Shown here: one piece after another, positions 48,610 through 58,392 of the stretch | Layout: every line of letters begins with the position of its first letter | Numbering within the stretch: position 1 is the stretch's first letter | Source of the DNA: a virus | Virus record (IMG/VR): IMGVR_UViG_3300012036_000005 | Span: 1 to 64,000 of that record | DNA: 64,000 nucleotides | Strand: one strand, 5' to 3' | Program-made: the position numbers and the translations under genes | Notes under the pieces: model-generated | Told to the model about the DNA's origin: nothing | The model's database searches: none | Seen by the model: only the letters and a program-made list of their open reading frames with translations

Positions 48610-48780
48610 TGTGTGTGGAGTAATAGACTCTTGAACTGAGAAGCACATACTTACCGTAAGGGATAGACGTACTGTGGGGTAGACCCGAAAAACCCGGTGT
48701 CTGCGGTACGCCGTGAGAAATTCGAAGCCGGAACAGAACGTGGCTCGAACCTGACAGGAGGGTGGAATGCCCTCCATTTT
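48610..48780 (+). ncRNA. Candidate structured non-coding RNA
   Basis: GC-rich intergenic island with several stems, ending in GGAGGG-TGGAATG-CCCTCC plus T-run; strand is a guess. Confidence 0.5.
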
Positions 48781-49000
48781 TAAAGAGAGAAGAAATGAAA
48801 GAATTAAGTGATTTTGCAGATGAATTAAAAGAAAAAGATCCTTATTTCCTTTGTGATAAAAACTCTGTGCAGCAATTGAGAGACTACGCTCAATGTTCTA
48901 TGTTTGCGGCCAAAAAAGAAATAAATCGTAGGATCCTTTTAGATCAAATTCGAAATGCTGAATCAATTGAAGATATTAAATTAATCTTGGAGATAGCCTT

Positions 49001-49285
49001 ATGCAAATAAAAAATCTTTTCATTCCGGTTTATTATGATAATATCTTTTTTGAAATTAAGACTAAAGAAGAAGTAGAAAATTGTCGCAAACAATTTAAGA
49101 GTTTTCGAATTTGGTTATATCCAACTGTTGTTTATGAAGATTGGTTTATTTCTCGTGAAATAGGGTATATAGGTTTTTTTCGAAATCCTATGCACGAAAC
49201 ATTAGCTATGATAAATTTAACACCAATTGAGAAAAAGGTTAAAGTAAGTTTCGTAGAGAAACTTAATGGAATACAAAGAATATGA
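49001..49285 (+). CDS. Hypothetical protein, paralog 1
   Basis: FFE, I.LYP, F.NP.HETLA shared with the next ORF. Confidence 0.7.
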   Translation: MQIKNLFIPVYYDNIFFEIKTKEEVENCRKQFKSFRIWLYPTVVYEDWFISREIGYIGFFRNPMHETLAMINLTPIEKKVKVSFVEKLNGIQRI

Positions 49286-49545
49286 TAACTCTTGGTTATT
49301 ATGAAACTTTATTTTTTGAATTATATTCAAAGAATGATCTTAAAAAGTTTCAATCCAAATATAAAAGTCTTGTTATATACCTATATCCATTTTATTGTGT
49401 TGTAAACGAATCTTATAATAGAGGTTGGGTATTTTATTTTAAGAATCCGACACATGAAACTTTAGCATTGTTAGAATTAAAACCATTGATTGTTAATATT
49501 GAGAGAACCTATAAAGATTATATTATAAGAAAGAAAAGACTTTAA
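49282..49545 (+). CDS. Hypothetical protein, paralog 2
   Basis: FFE, I.LYP, F.NP.HETLA. Confidence 0.7.
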   Translation: MITLGYYETLFFELYSKNDLKKFQSKYKSLVIYLYPFYCVVNESYNRGWVFYFKNPTHETLALLELKPLIVNIERTYKDYIIRKKRL

Positions 49546-49546
49546 A

Positions 49547-50092
49547 ATGAAAACATTCTTAATAAGTGACACACATTTTGGACACGTGAATGCTTACAAG
49601 TTCACTAATTACGATGGTTCTCCTATGCGTCCTTGGGATAGCGTAGAAGAGGGTGATGCCATTATGATAGAAAGATGGAATTCCGTTGTAAAAGAAAATG
49701 ATTTGGTATACCATCTTGGCGACGTTGCTATTCCTCGACGAGGATTAAAACTTGTTGAGCAATTAAACGGTCGTAAGAAATTGATTCGTGGTAATCATGA
49801 TATTTTTAAAATGAAAGATTATACTGATTATTTTGAAGATATTCTAGGAACTCGAAAAATGGGAGAATTTATAATTTCTCATTATCCTGTACATAGAGAT
49901 AGCATTCCTCGTTGGGCAAAGGCTAATTTACACGGTCATACTCATGGTAATAACGTTCGCAAAGAAGTTCGAAATCAATATCTTCCGTGGCGTAAAAAAA
50001 TAGAAGAAGATCCTTTATACCTTAATTTGAGTGTTGAAAAAATCAATTATACTCCAGTTGACTTTGAAGAGATCAAAGCTAAATTTGCTTAA
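49547..50092 (+). CDS. Calcineurin-like metallophosphoesterase
   Basis: SDTHFGH, WN..V...D.VYHLGD, GNHD, SHYP, HGH.H. Confidence 0.95.
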   Translation: MKTFLISDTHFGHVNAYKFTNYDGSPMRPWDSVEEGDAIMIERWNSVVKENDLVYHLGDVAIPRRGLKLVEQLNGRKKLIRGNHDIFKMKDYTDYFEDILGTRKMGEFIISHYPVHRDSIPRWAKANLHGHTHGNNVRKEVRNQYLPWRKKIEEDPLYLNLSVEKINYTPVDFEEIKAKFA

Positions 50093-50108
50093 ATATCTTG
50101 GAGAAGAA

Positions 50109-50945
50109 ATGATGGAAAATAAAGTATTAGTTGATTGGAGATTTGGTAACGTTTGTGATTGGAATTGTTCTTATTGTCCTTCAGTATTTAAGAATGGGTC
50201 TGCCCATTTCTTTGAAGAAGATGAAATTAAAGATGCATGTTTTAGATTAATAGAACATTATGAAGAGATGAATAAAAGAGTTGAATTTTCCTTTGTTGGA
50301 GGAGAGCCAACTATACATCCCGAGTTTATGTCTATCATGCGAGCGCTTCACAATAGAGGAGCAGGTTCTATTGTTCACACAAACGGTGGCTCAAAGAATT
50401 TAGATTGGTGGAAGGAAATACGCCAATATGTTCATGCTATAAATCTTTCTATTCATCTTGAATATACTTTTGTAAAAGAATTAACTGAACATTATATACC
50501 GCTTATAGAATTATTTGAATTGTCAGAACGAAGTTATTTTCAAATACCCTATCTTCCGACGCATGATGAAAAAGCAACAGAGTTTCAAGGTATCATAAAA
50601 GAGAAAACAGGAAGAGCTGTTCCTAAGAGAGTTCTTTATCAAGATTCTCCTCGAAATACAAAATTATATGATTACGGTAATATAGAAGAAAAAGTAAAAA
50701 CAGAAAATATTGTTAACGATAAAAGATTTGTTTACAAAGATTGGACTTGTTATGCAGGCATTGATCAATTGGTGATTGATCCTATGGGTAACATATATCG
50801 AGGATGGTGTCGAATGGGTGGATTAATAGGTAATGTATTAGACGAAGAATTAGATTTACCAACAGACCCAATTGTCTGTTTAAGAGAAGCATGTCGTAAT
50901 GGCTTTGATCAACAAGCAAAGAAAGTAGAAACTGATGGAATATAA
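50109..50945 (+). CDS. Radical SAM protein with C-terminal SPASM/twitch-like cysteines
   Basis: CDWNCSYC, GGEPT, TNG, C.AG, GWC, C...C. Confidence 0.9.
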   Translation: MMENKVLVDWRFGNVCDWNCSYCPSVFKNGSAHFFEEDEIKDACFRLIEHYEEMNKRVEFSFVGGEPTIHPEFMSIMRALHNRGAGSIVHTNGGSKNLDWWKEIRQYVHAINLSIHLEYTFVKELTEHYIPLIELFELSERSYFQIPYLPTHDEKATEFQGIIKEKTGRAVPKRVLYQDSPRNTKLYDYGNIEEKVKTENIVNDKRFVYKDWTCYAGIDQLVIDPMGNIYRGWCRMGGLIGNVLDEELDLPTDPIVCLREACRNGFDQQAKKVETDGI

Positions 50946-51105
50946 CGTAGATGACATTTTTATTGAAAGAGAAGATGGAGATTTTGACATGATCATACCT
51001 CCTGAAATTGCAGAGAAGATGGGACTAGTATTTGGAGACAAACTTAAATTAGAACTTGGAGACAAAGGAACTATTATTATAACGAAAATAGAAGATGCAG
51101 ATTGA
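50935..51105 (+). CDS. AbrB/MazE-like DNA-binding protein, 56 aa (not in track)
   Basis: MIIPPEIAEKMGL..GDKL. Confidence 0.75.
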   Translation: MEYNVDDIFIEREDGDFDMIIPPEIAEKMGLVFGDKLKLELGDKGTIIITKIEDAD

Positions 51106-51559
51106 TATAGTTGGTGGAACTTCTAGACAAAAAGAATTAATAAAAGATATGTTAGAATATTCGGGAAAACACTTGTTGTCTTCTCGTATGTATAATAGAA
51201 TATCAATATATGTAACGATCAATAAGATTAAAGACAAAAATGGTGATTGTTGTTTTTCTGATGATAACCGCAGACCTAGAGAATTTTCAATTTCATTAAA
51301 CAGAGAATTAAGGCAGAGAGACTTATTAGAAACAGTTGCACATGAAATGGTACACATAAAACAATGGGCAACAAGTCAATTAATAGATTATATTAGTGAC
51401 ACTAACAAAGTCAAATATGATGGTAAGATCTATTACAAAGACAGAATAGAATATTGGGATTATCCTTGGGAAATCGAAGCATACGGAAGAGAAGTGGGCA
51501 TTTTCATACGTTGGGCCAAAAAACGAGGAGAATGGGGGAAAAATTGGACTATGCGTTAA
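51095..51559 (+). CDS. Zinc metallopeptidase-like protein
   Basis: AHEMVH.KQ, YWD.PWEIEA. Confidence 0.8.
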   Translation: MQIDIVGGTSRQKELIKDMLEYSGKHLLSSRMYNRISIYVTINKIKDKNGDCCFSDDNRRPREFSISLNRELRQRDLLETVAHEMVHIKQWATSQLIDYISDTNKVKYDGKIYYKDRIEYWDYPWEIEAYGREVGIFIRWAKKRGEWGKNWTMR

Positions 51560-51628
51560 ATTAAACATTGACATTATTTCTTGAATTGTGTATACTTTAT
51601 AAAGTACATAAACACACACGAGAAAATA

Positions 51629-52069
51629 ATGAAAAAAGGTCAGACAGTTTTGTTGAATGATGCATTAGCAGCAGCTTATACAGCGTATCGCGTTAATTAT
51701 GGTTATATTAGAATTGAAGATGCTATTAGCAGGACTGACAGTTCTGGAGAAAGATACGCAGTAAGTTGGTCTAATGCAGAGTTAACCAAACATGCACTTG
51801 GTTACGTTTCTAATGTTCGTTATCATCGTAATATTCCTCAGGTCACAATTACTAAAGAAGATAGAGAAAATGCTCTATGTGTTAAAAAATATATGACCGA
51901 GCTCACTATTAAAATTCTAACAGGAAAAGCAACTCCTGGAGAATCCATTGTCCATAGACTTTCAAGTCAAGAATTTATTGACGTTCGAAAAGAAATAATT
52001 TACATTGTTGGTATTCCGTTAATGATAGCTAAATATAACGTTTCTAAAAACAGAAAAAAGCAAAACTGA
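51629..52069 (+). CDS. Hypothetical protein
   Basis: A.AA.R.N.GY; promoter at 51568; likely start MKKGQ. Confidence 0.6.
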   Translation: MKKGQTVLLNDALAAAYTAYRVNYGYIRIEDAISRTDSSGERYAVSWSNAELTKHALGYVSNVRYHRNIPQVTITKEDRENALCVKKYMTELTIKILTGKATPGESIVHRLSSQEFIDVRKEIIYIVGIPLMIAKYNVSKNRKKQN

Positions 52070-52689
52070 TGATCAAAGTTCAAGGAAAACTTCCAAGAAA
52101 GCTAACAATCGCTTGTTCGGGCGGAGCAGATTCGATGGCAATTCTTGATTTCTTAATAAGAAATCACGAAGTGAAGGTTATTTTTTGTAATCACGGAACC
52201 GAAACTTCAGCAAGGTCTCAAGAGATCCTTGTTGATTATTTAATTAGCAAAGGTCTTTCTATTGAGACTTCATATTACATTAGTAACTTTCGTAATAAGA
52301 GACCACACGAAAGTCAAGAAGAATATTGGAGAGAATTTAGATATTCGATCTTTAAAGCAAAGAAAGACGAAACTGTAATTACTGCTCATCATTTAGATGA
52401 TTGCGTCGAAACATGGTTGTGGCGTAGTTTAAATGGCAACCCTGGAATCGTTCCGTATCGAAATGAAAATGTAATTCGACCTTTTCGTCTTAATAGAAAA
52501 AGAGATCTTGAACTATGGTGTCATCTTAATAATGTTCCTTATTACGAGGACGAAAGCAATAAGGATACCAAATATACAAGAAATTATATTAGGCATGAAT
52601 TAATGCCACATGCGTTGCACGTTAACCCGGGATTACATAAAGTAATAAAGAAGAAGGTACTCGAAGATGATTATGAAATCAAACAATAG
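52069..52689 (+). CDS. tilS: tRNA(Ile) lysidine synthetase TilS-like, catalytic domain only
   Basis: ACSGGADS, NHG, R..RY, TAHHLDD..ET, IRP, D.SN....Y.RN.IRH. Confidence 0.9.
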   Translation: MIKVQGKLPRKLTIACSGGADSMAILDFLIRNHEVKVIFCNHGTETSARSQEILVDYLISKGLSIETSYYISNFRNKRPHESQEEYWREFRYSIFKAKKDETVITAHHLDDCVETWLWRSLNGNPGIVPYRNENVIRPFRLNRKRDLELWCHLNNVPYYEDESNKDTKYTRNYIRHELMPHALHVNPGLHKVIKKKVLEDDYEIKQ

Positions 52690-52881
52690 AAATATTTGGA
52701 AATTAAAGCCTGCTACAATTGAATTATCAACTGTGAGATTGCCGTTTAGAGAATCCGGAGGAATATACGAGACCTGCCTCTTCACAAAAGATGAGTTCGA
52801 AGTTCTCGAACGATATAAGACAGTCGATGATGCAATTTTAGGACATCGTCGATATGAAAAACAATATGGAGTTACTGACAA

Positions 52882-53340
52882 ATGAAAATAAAAAACGAAA
52901 GTGAAATTTTTACACAAGACGGTATTACAAAAATTGAAAAATTAAGAGATTCAAAATTTGTATGTGAATCTTGTATTCGAACAAAATATCCGGATGGAAA
53001 TTGGGCAAATCAACCTGTTGCAATCTTCTACGGAAAAGAACCTCATCCAATTAGCAACAGTAGATACTTTGCATTATTTATTAATGGAGATAATAATATA
53101 ATGGTTGCCAATGCACAAAGTGCAGTGGATGAACCAATTACCGGAGTTATAGCAGATAACGAAGAAATTATCTATAGTAGATATAGACATGATTTTAGAA
53201 AGTCTTCTGATAATTCTGTTTTTATAGATGGGGGTAGAGATTATGTTAAGAGTGGAATTTATCCACCTGAAAGATTTGTAACATTAAAGATAATAGATGG
53301 TGATTTAGTTATCGTTAATAAGGAAAATAAAGATGCCTAA
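52882..53340 (+). CDS. Conserved phage hypothetical protein
   Basis: YSR.RHD, FIDGGRDY. Confidence 0.75.
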   Translation: MKIKNESEIFTQDGITKIEKLRDSKFVCESCIRTKYPDGNWANQPVAIFYGKEPHPISNSRYFALFINGDNNIMVANAQSAVDEPITGVIADNEEIIYSRYRHDFRKSSDNSVFIDGGRDYVKSGIYPPERFVTLKIIDGDLVIVNKENKDA

Positions 53341-53780
53341 TATGTATATGTTAATTGGTGTTCCTGCATCTGGTAAAAGTACTTGGATAAAAGGAAAACA
53401 AGGAAGAAAATTCTGTTGTGGTATCAAGTGATAACCATATTGAGACCATGGCTACTTTTCTTGGAAAGACTTATGACGAAATCTTTCTAGATGTGGTAGG
53501 TAAAGCTACGTCAGAGATGATGGAAGACCTAAGACAGGCAATCGAAAGCGATAAGAACATTTATTGGGATCAAACTAATACTGGTTCAAAGAGTAGAATA
53601 AATGTTCCAACCAAAACAGGCAGTCGTGGATTTCTAGTCCCATCTTTTAGATATGAACATATTTGTTCGTATGATTGTTTAGGAAATGCTTTTTATTCTA
53701 TACAAAAGGTGTTATTGGAAAACTGGGGAGATCATGATTGGAAAATAGACGAAGGTGGGAAAATAAATTTCAAAGATTAA
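53333..53780 (+). pseudogene. AAA_33/Pnk-type P-loop kinase, frameshifted and apparently truncated or fused
   Basis: MLIGVPASGKSTW from ATG 53333; extra A at ~53389-53392; resumes VVSSD..IE and WDQTN in the +1 frame. Confidence 0.8.
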
Positions 53781-53837
53781 CTTGACGCTATCAAGTTTTT
53801 TTGCTATACTTTAAAAATTAATAACAAAGGCACAAAG

Positions 53838-54266
53838 ATGAATAATGAAGACAATCAACTTATACTATATATTCTGATGCGTAACGATATGGATTCATTA
53901 AATCCTGGCAAAGGGATGGCACAATCTTCTCATGCCACAAACTGTTTTTCTAAAAAAATAGAATCTCTAAGAGGGTTTAACGAATCAAGTCTTTCTGATA
54001 TACAATTTAAATCTTGGTCCGAAACTACTGATTCCGGTTTTGGAACTGTAATTGTATTAGAAGTAAACGAAACTGAATTAAAGTCGGCAATAGATAACGC
54101 TAATCAACTTAACGTAATAGCCGATTATGTTCTTGATCCAACTTATCCAGTTCGTGATGGAAAGGTTACACATCTCATTCCCATAATTACATGCGGTTAT
54201 GTATTTGGTAACAAAGAAGATAGTGCAGTAAAATCAATCGTCGGAAAATTCCGACTACACCCGTAG
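53838..54266 (+). CDS. Peptidyl-tRNA hydrolase Pth2-like protein
   Basis: YILMR.D..S..PGK.MAQ..HA, V.VL.V, V.D; promoter at 53782. Confidence 0.75.
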   Translation: MNNEDNQLILYILMRNDMDSLNPGKGMAQSSHATNCFSKKIESLRGFNESSLSDIQFKSWSETTDSGFGTVIVLEVNETELKSAIDNANQLNVIADYVLDPTYPVRDGKVTHLIPIITCGYVFGNKEDSAVKSIVGKFRLHP

Positions 54267-54286
54267 CTTAACCGAAAGAAGAAAAA

Positions 54287-55387
54287 ATGAGTCATTATAT
54301 TAAGCAAGGCAATACTTTCAAGGTTGTTGCAGAACAAGCTTTGGATTTGCACAAGAAGCTCCCAGCAGGGAATTATACTATTAGTCAAGATATATATGGA
54401 AATATGTTTCTTGAAATGATCGAGGGCTTTTCTTTGCCAGACAAGCTTTATGGAAATACTCTTCGACACACTGGTAGGATTTTAAATACTTTTCAGGATC
54501 GTCCATATAATACAGGTGTTCTACTTGCAGGCGAAAAGGGATCAGGTAAGACTCTACTTGCACGATCAGTTTCGATAGATGCTGCATCAATTGGTATTCC
54601 AACTATTGTTATTAATCGTCCATGGAAGGGCGATGGGTTTAATAGCTTGGTACAATCTATTAATCAGCCCTGTATCATCTTGTTTGATGAATTTGAAAAA
54701 GTATATGAAGATGATGATCAGCAAGAGATTCTTACATTGATGGATGGAGTTTATCAGTCTAACAAACTCTTTATTCTTACGTGTAATGACAAATGGCGTA
54801 TCAATAAGCACATGCAGAATCGTCCAGGTCGTATCTTTTATTACTTGGAATTTTCTGGACTTGATATTGATTTTATTCGTGAATACTGTGAAGATAAACT
54901 TAATGACAAGACTCAAATTGAGGTTATTTGCAATATGTCTCTAGCATTCAGTAAGTTCAACTTTGATATGCTAAAGGCACTAATTGAAGACATGAATAGG
55001 TATGATGAGAGTCCACAGGAAGTTATGGAGCTTCTAAATGCTCGACCAGAATACAACGATGTGTCTTATTACGAAATCGAAATGATTTACAATGGAAATG
55101 TTATTCCACACGATAAGATACATGACACAGAGGAAGGAAACTCAATGAGAGCTAATCCTTTTGAAGGAGTTTGTGTTTTCTTTGAAGATACAGTAAAAGA
55201 AAGAGATGACGACGGGGAAGAGTATTTCCCGGAGCGGAATGTCTACTTTAAGCCAGACATGCTTCAAAAGATCAATTCAAAGACGGGACAGTTTGTGTTT
55301 ATAGACGACAGTTCCAAGAGTAGCTTGCGTCTGCGTCGAAAGGCTCCTGTAGCTACTAATTATTGGTCAGCTTTTGCAGACCTCTAA
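54287..55387 (+). CDS. AAA+ ATPase
   Basis: GEKGSGKT Walker A, ILFDEFEK Walker B, LMDG, NRPGR. Confidence 0.95.
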   Translation: MSHYIKQGNTFKVVAEQALDLHKKLPAGNYTISQDIYGNMFLEMIEGFSLPDKLYGNTLRHTGRILNTFQDRPYNTGVLLAGEKGSGKTLLARSVSIDAASIGIPTIVINRPWKGDGFNSLVQSINQPCIILFDEFEKVYEDDDQQEILTLMDGVYQSNKLFILTCNDKWRINKHMQNRPGRIFYYLEFSGLDIDFIREYCEDKLNDKTQIEVICNMSLAFSKFNFDMLKALIEDMNRYDESPQEVMELLNARPEYNDVSYYEIEMIYNGNVIPHDKIHDTEEGNSMRANPFEGVCVFFEDTVKERDDDGEEYFPERNVYFKPDMLQKINSKTGQFVFIDDSSKSSLRLRRKAPVATNYWSAFADL

Positions 55388-55625
55388 TATAAAATCTTCG
55401 CTCTGTCCAACCTGCAACAGGCGGTTGGACGGAGCATCTGGTAACGGAACTCCCAAAGAAGGTGACATTTCTATATGTGCCTATTGTGAGAGTTTTGCAT
55501 TCTACAACAAGGATCTTACGTTGAGACCTGCAACACTAAAAGAAACAGAAGATCTTCTTAAAGAAGATGAAGTAAAAGAAATCATGTTAGCTGTACGAAA
55601 TGTATGGGGAAAGAGTTTGCACTAA
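55374..55625 (+). CDS. Zn-finger protein
   Basis: CPTC...CAYC. Confidence 0.65.
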   Translation: MQTSNIKSSLCPTCNRRLDGASGNGTPKEGDISICAYCESFAFYNKDLTLRPATLKETEDLLKEDEVKEIMLAVRNVWGKSLH

Positions 55626-56071
55626 TGGACATCATTTTTGATATTGATGGAACTTTGGCTAATATTGAACATAGACGTATCTATGTTCAATCTAAACCGA
55701 GAAATTGGAAAGCCTTTAATAAAGCCATTCCTCATGATACACCGATTCTTCAAACTACAACATTGCTTGAACTATTATATAATGCAGGACATACTATTCT
55801 TTTGGCATCTGGCCGTGGAGAAGAAACTAGACAAGATACACTTGATTGGTTAAAGAAATATAATCTCGACTCTTATGTAACCAAGCTCTACATGAGATCA
55901 GCAAAAGATATGAGATCGGACGACATTGTTAAGAGAGAGATCCTTGCTCAAATAAGAGAAGATGGTTTTGAACCTTTCTTTGTGGTAGACGATCGACCTA
56001 AAGTTGTTCGTATGTGGAGAGAGGAAGGTATCTTTGTTTTTGATGTAAATCAAACAGGTGAGGAATTCTAA
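55625..56071 (+). CDS. Polynucleotide 3'-phosphatase (PseT C-terminal HAD domain)
   Basis: FDIDGTLA, SGR, T..WL, LYMR...D.R.D..VK, DDRP.VV.MWR. Confidence 0.9.
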   Translation: MDIIFDIDGTLANIEHRRIYVQSKPRNWKAFNKAIPHDTPILQTTTLLELLYNAGHTILLASGRGEETRQDTLDWLKKYNLDSYVTKLYMRSAKDMRSDDIVKREILAQIREDGFEPFFVVDDRPKVVRMWREEGIFVFDVNQTGEEF

Positions 56072-56187
56072 TGCCAGCAGTAATGTTTTTTGGAGTGATA
56101 GGACTTTTTGTCTTAGCATTCGTTAGTTGTTCTCCGGAAATACCCAATAAATCAAAAGAAGAGAAAAAAGCTGAATAAACAAACTCA

Positions 56188-56218
56188 AGGTAAGACGAGC
56201 TTTGCTCGTCTTACCTTT
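56188..56218 (+). terminator. Perfect 14-bp hairpin immediately before the rnl promoter
   Basis: AAGGTAAGACGAGC-TTT-GCTCGTCTTACCTT. Confidence 0.75.
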
Positions 56219-56279
56219 TGACTACTGTTAACTTTGTGTTATAATAACATTAAGTAAAATAAATTTAAAGGATGATGTT

Positions 56280-57485
56280 ATGCACTATAAATTTCCTAAG
56301 ATCAAACATATTAATGATATTCTACCTCATATCGAAGGACGTAAGGAATTCATAGTAGCAGAACGTGACGACTATACAGTAATCAATTATGTTGTAATGG
56401 GCAATGATACTTTCCCTCCAATTAAAGTTGTTGGCGGTTCCGCAAAGATGCGAGCAGAACGAGAAGCAGTTCATGCTCTCTTGCGAGAATGTCGCGGATT
56501 GATTTTTGATAAAAATGGATGTATTCTCTCGCGGCGCCTTCACAAATTTTTTAATGTTGGGGAACGAGAAGAAACTTTTGCGAAGAACATTGACTTATCT
56601 AAATCCCATGTTATCTTAGAAAAACTTGATGGATCTATGATCACTCCAATTTACATCAACGGATCTTTCCGTTGGGGAACTAAGATGGGAGTAACCGAAG
56701 TTGCAATGTTAGCAGAAGAATTTATTGTGGATCATCCACAATATGTAAAATTTGCAGGAATGTGTTATACTGCAGAAGTAACGCCGATCTTTGAGTTCTG
56801 CTCAAATAAACAACGCATTGTTGTTGATCATCCAACAGATCGATTAGTGCTCCTTGCTGTGCGTGATAACCTTAGTGGCGAGTATTGGTCTTATGATATG
56901 CTGATAGAATATAGTCAAATCTTTAACATTGATGTAGTCAAGGCATATCCAGGAACACCAGAAAGTATGGATCACCTAATTGAGTCTGTACGAGGTGAAG
57001 ATGAAGGTGAAGGTTGGGTTATCCGTTTTGATGACGGACATATGGTTAAAATTAAAAATGAATGGTACTTGCGTCTTCATAGGGTAAAAGATCGTATTCG
57101 ATTTGAACGAAATGTAGTCGATGTTATCTTAAACGAAGAGATTGATGATCTCAAATCGTTTATGATTGATGAAGACTTAGAACGTATTAATCGTTATGAA
57201 TCTAAATTTTGGTATGAACTTAATCGTCGAATTGAACTATATGAAGGAGTTGTGCAAGCATCAGTTTCTAAACACCGAGGAGACCGCAAAGCATTTGCTT
57301 TAGAAAGCAACGAATGGGAAAACAAGATGCTTCGAAGCATTGTTTTTCAGATGTGGGATTATCCCACATCTGTACGAGATGCTGTAATCGAACGACTTAG
57401 AAAGAGTTTGTCCTCGAATGTTAAATTTAACTCTGAAAAGGAAAATTTCATCCCAAGTGTTTCTTGGGAGGAGGTTTCTGAATGA
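56280..57485 (+). CDS. RNA ligase 1 (T4 Rnl1/gp63-like)
   Basis: ECRGLIF, KFFN..E, EKLDGS, FE.....RIV, EG.V, KIK..WY..LH. Confidence 0.95.
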   Translation: MHYKFPKIKHINDILPHIEGRKEFIVAERDDYTVINYVVMGNDTFPPIKVVGGSAKMRAEREAVHALLRECRGLIFDKNGCILSRRLHKFFNVGEREETFAKNIDLSKSHVILEKLDGSMITPIYINGSFRWGTKMGVTEVAMLAEEFIVDHPQYVKFAGMCYTAEVTPIFEFCSNKQRIVVDHPTDRLVLLAVRDNLSGEYWSYDMLIEYSQIFNIDVVKAYPGTPESMDHLIESVRGEDEGEGWVIRFDDGHMVKIKNEWYLRLHRVKDRIRFERNVVDVILNEEIDDLKSFMIDEDLERINRYESKFWYELNRRIELYEGVVQASVSKHRGDRKAFALESNEWENKMLRSIVFQMWDYPTSVRDAVIERLRKSLSSNVKFNSEKENFIPSVSWEEVSE

Positions 57486-57652
57486 TTGCAGAATATCTAT
57501 GTGGATGTGGATACAAATGGGAGACTGAAATCCAAGGTGGAAGTCTCCCACTTAATCATGACAAAGTACACTCAAGTCATTGCCCAAACTGTGGCAGCTT
57601 ATGGTTTAACTGGACTAATTATAAAAAAGAAAAAGAAGAAAAAAATGAATGA
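57482..57652 (+). CDS. Zn-ribbon protein, 56 aa (MIAEYLCGCGYKW...CPNCGS; not in track)
   Basis: GGAGG RBS, ATGA overlap with the ligase stop, CxC and CPxCG. Confidence 0.75.
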   Translation: MIAEYLCGCGYKWETEIQGGSLPLNHDKVHSSHCPNCGSLWFNWTNYKKEKEEKNE

Positions 57653-57860
57653 AGAGAAACCAATTTATACAAGAATAGAAGGATTTTTAATTGAAAGAAC
57701 TAAAGATTCTTTTAGGATTATGGGAGAAGGCGAGTTATTGTCTTTTAGCAAAACTATCTTTGCACCGAATGCATCAGATGAAGATATAGCCGGTATGATA
57801 AGAGCAATTGAATATATTACATTGAAAAACATAAGACGATCATTAGGAATTGACCGATGA
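57645..57860 (+). CDS. Hypothetical protein (true start MNEEKP)
   Basis: Overlaps the stop of the Zn-ribbon ORF. Confidence 0.6.
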   Translation: MNEEKPIYTRIEGFLIERTKDSFRIMGEGELLSFSKTIFAPNASDEDIAGMIRAIEYITLKNIRRSLGIDR

Positions 57861-57932
57861 ATTCATTCTCACACACTGTAATACTTTACGGACTTCTCGT
57901 TACGATATTTATTGTAACCGGTATTCATTTAG

Positions 57933-58310
57933 TTGGACATTGATACAGATATGATATATCTTATAAGGAATATAAAAACAGGTGAATGGCACAAACGCGG
58001 ATATGCCGGGTATGAATGGAAGACAATGCCACACCAAAGCTGGCAAACTGGTGATTACAAGCGTGCGGTAGAAGAACTAGAAAGTGTTGGGTTTGATACG
58101 GGAGAGATTGTACTCTTTGGAATTGAGAATGTGATTCCTGTTGAACAATCAATTCAAGATCAAAAGAGATATGTCTGTAAACTACTTGAAGAGTATGTTC
58201 CTTACGAGGAAGCTGCTAAAAGAGACATTGATGCTATGTCTCAAAAAGATTACAAAAAATGGAAAGAAATACGCATAAAACTTAAGAGTCAAGACGCATT
58301 TCCAGGTTGA
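57933..58310 (+). CDS. Hypothetical protein
   Basis: ORF in operon. Confidence 0.6.
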   Translation: MDIDTDMIYLIRNIKTGEWHKRGYAGYEWKTMPHQSWQTGDYKRAVEELESVGFDTGEIVLFGIENVIPVEQSIQDQKRYVCKLLEEYVPYEEAAKRDIDAMSQKDYKKWKEIRIKLKSQDAFPG

Positions 58311-58392
58311 CGAATATAAATAAAAGTGTATAATATAAGAGCTAAGGGATAGACCCTAACGCTATACAACAAGCAAAGGAGTTTTGCTATGA
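58308..58392 (+). promoter_or_regulatory. sigma70-like promoter plus two-hairpin leader of nadM-Nudix
   Basis: TTGACG..TATAAT(58329); AGGG-ATAGA-CCCT; AGCAAA-GGAGT-TTTGCT abutting ATG. Confidence 0.75.

Noticed and set aside
48592-48777. 61-aa minus-strand ORF, or a tRNA/tmRNA call
   Set aside because: ORF is antisense to its context with no RBS; no cloverleaf, TTC T-loop or CCA end; kept only as an ncRNA candidate
57486-57644. N-terminal part of the 124-aa ORF with poly-K
   Set aside because: Shadow frame of the Zn-ribbon ORF 57482-57652, which has the RBS
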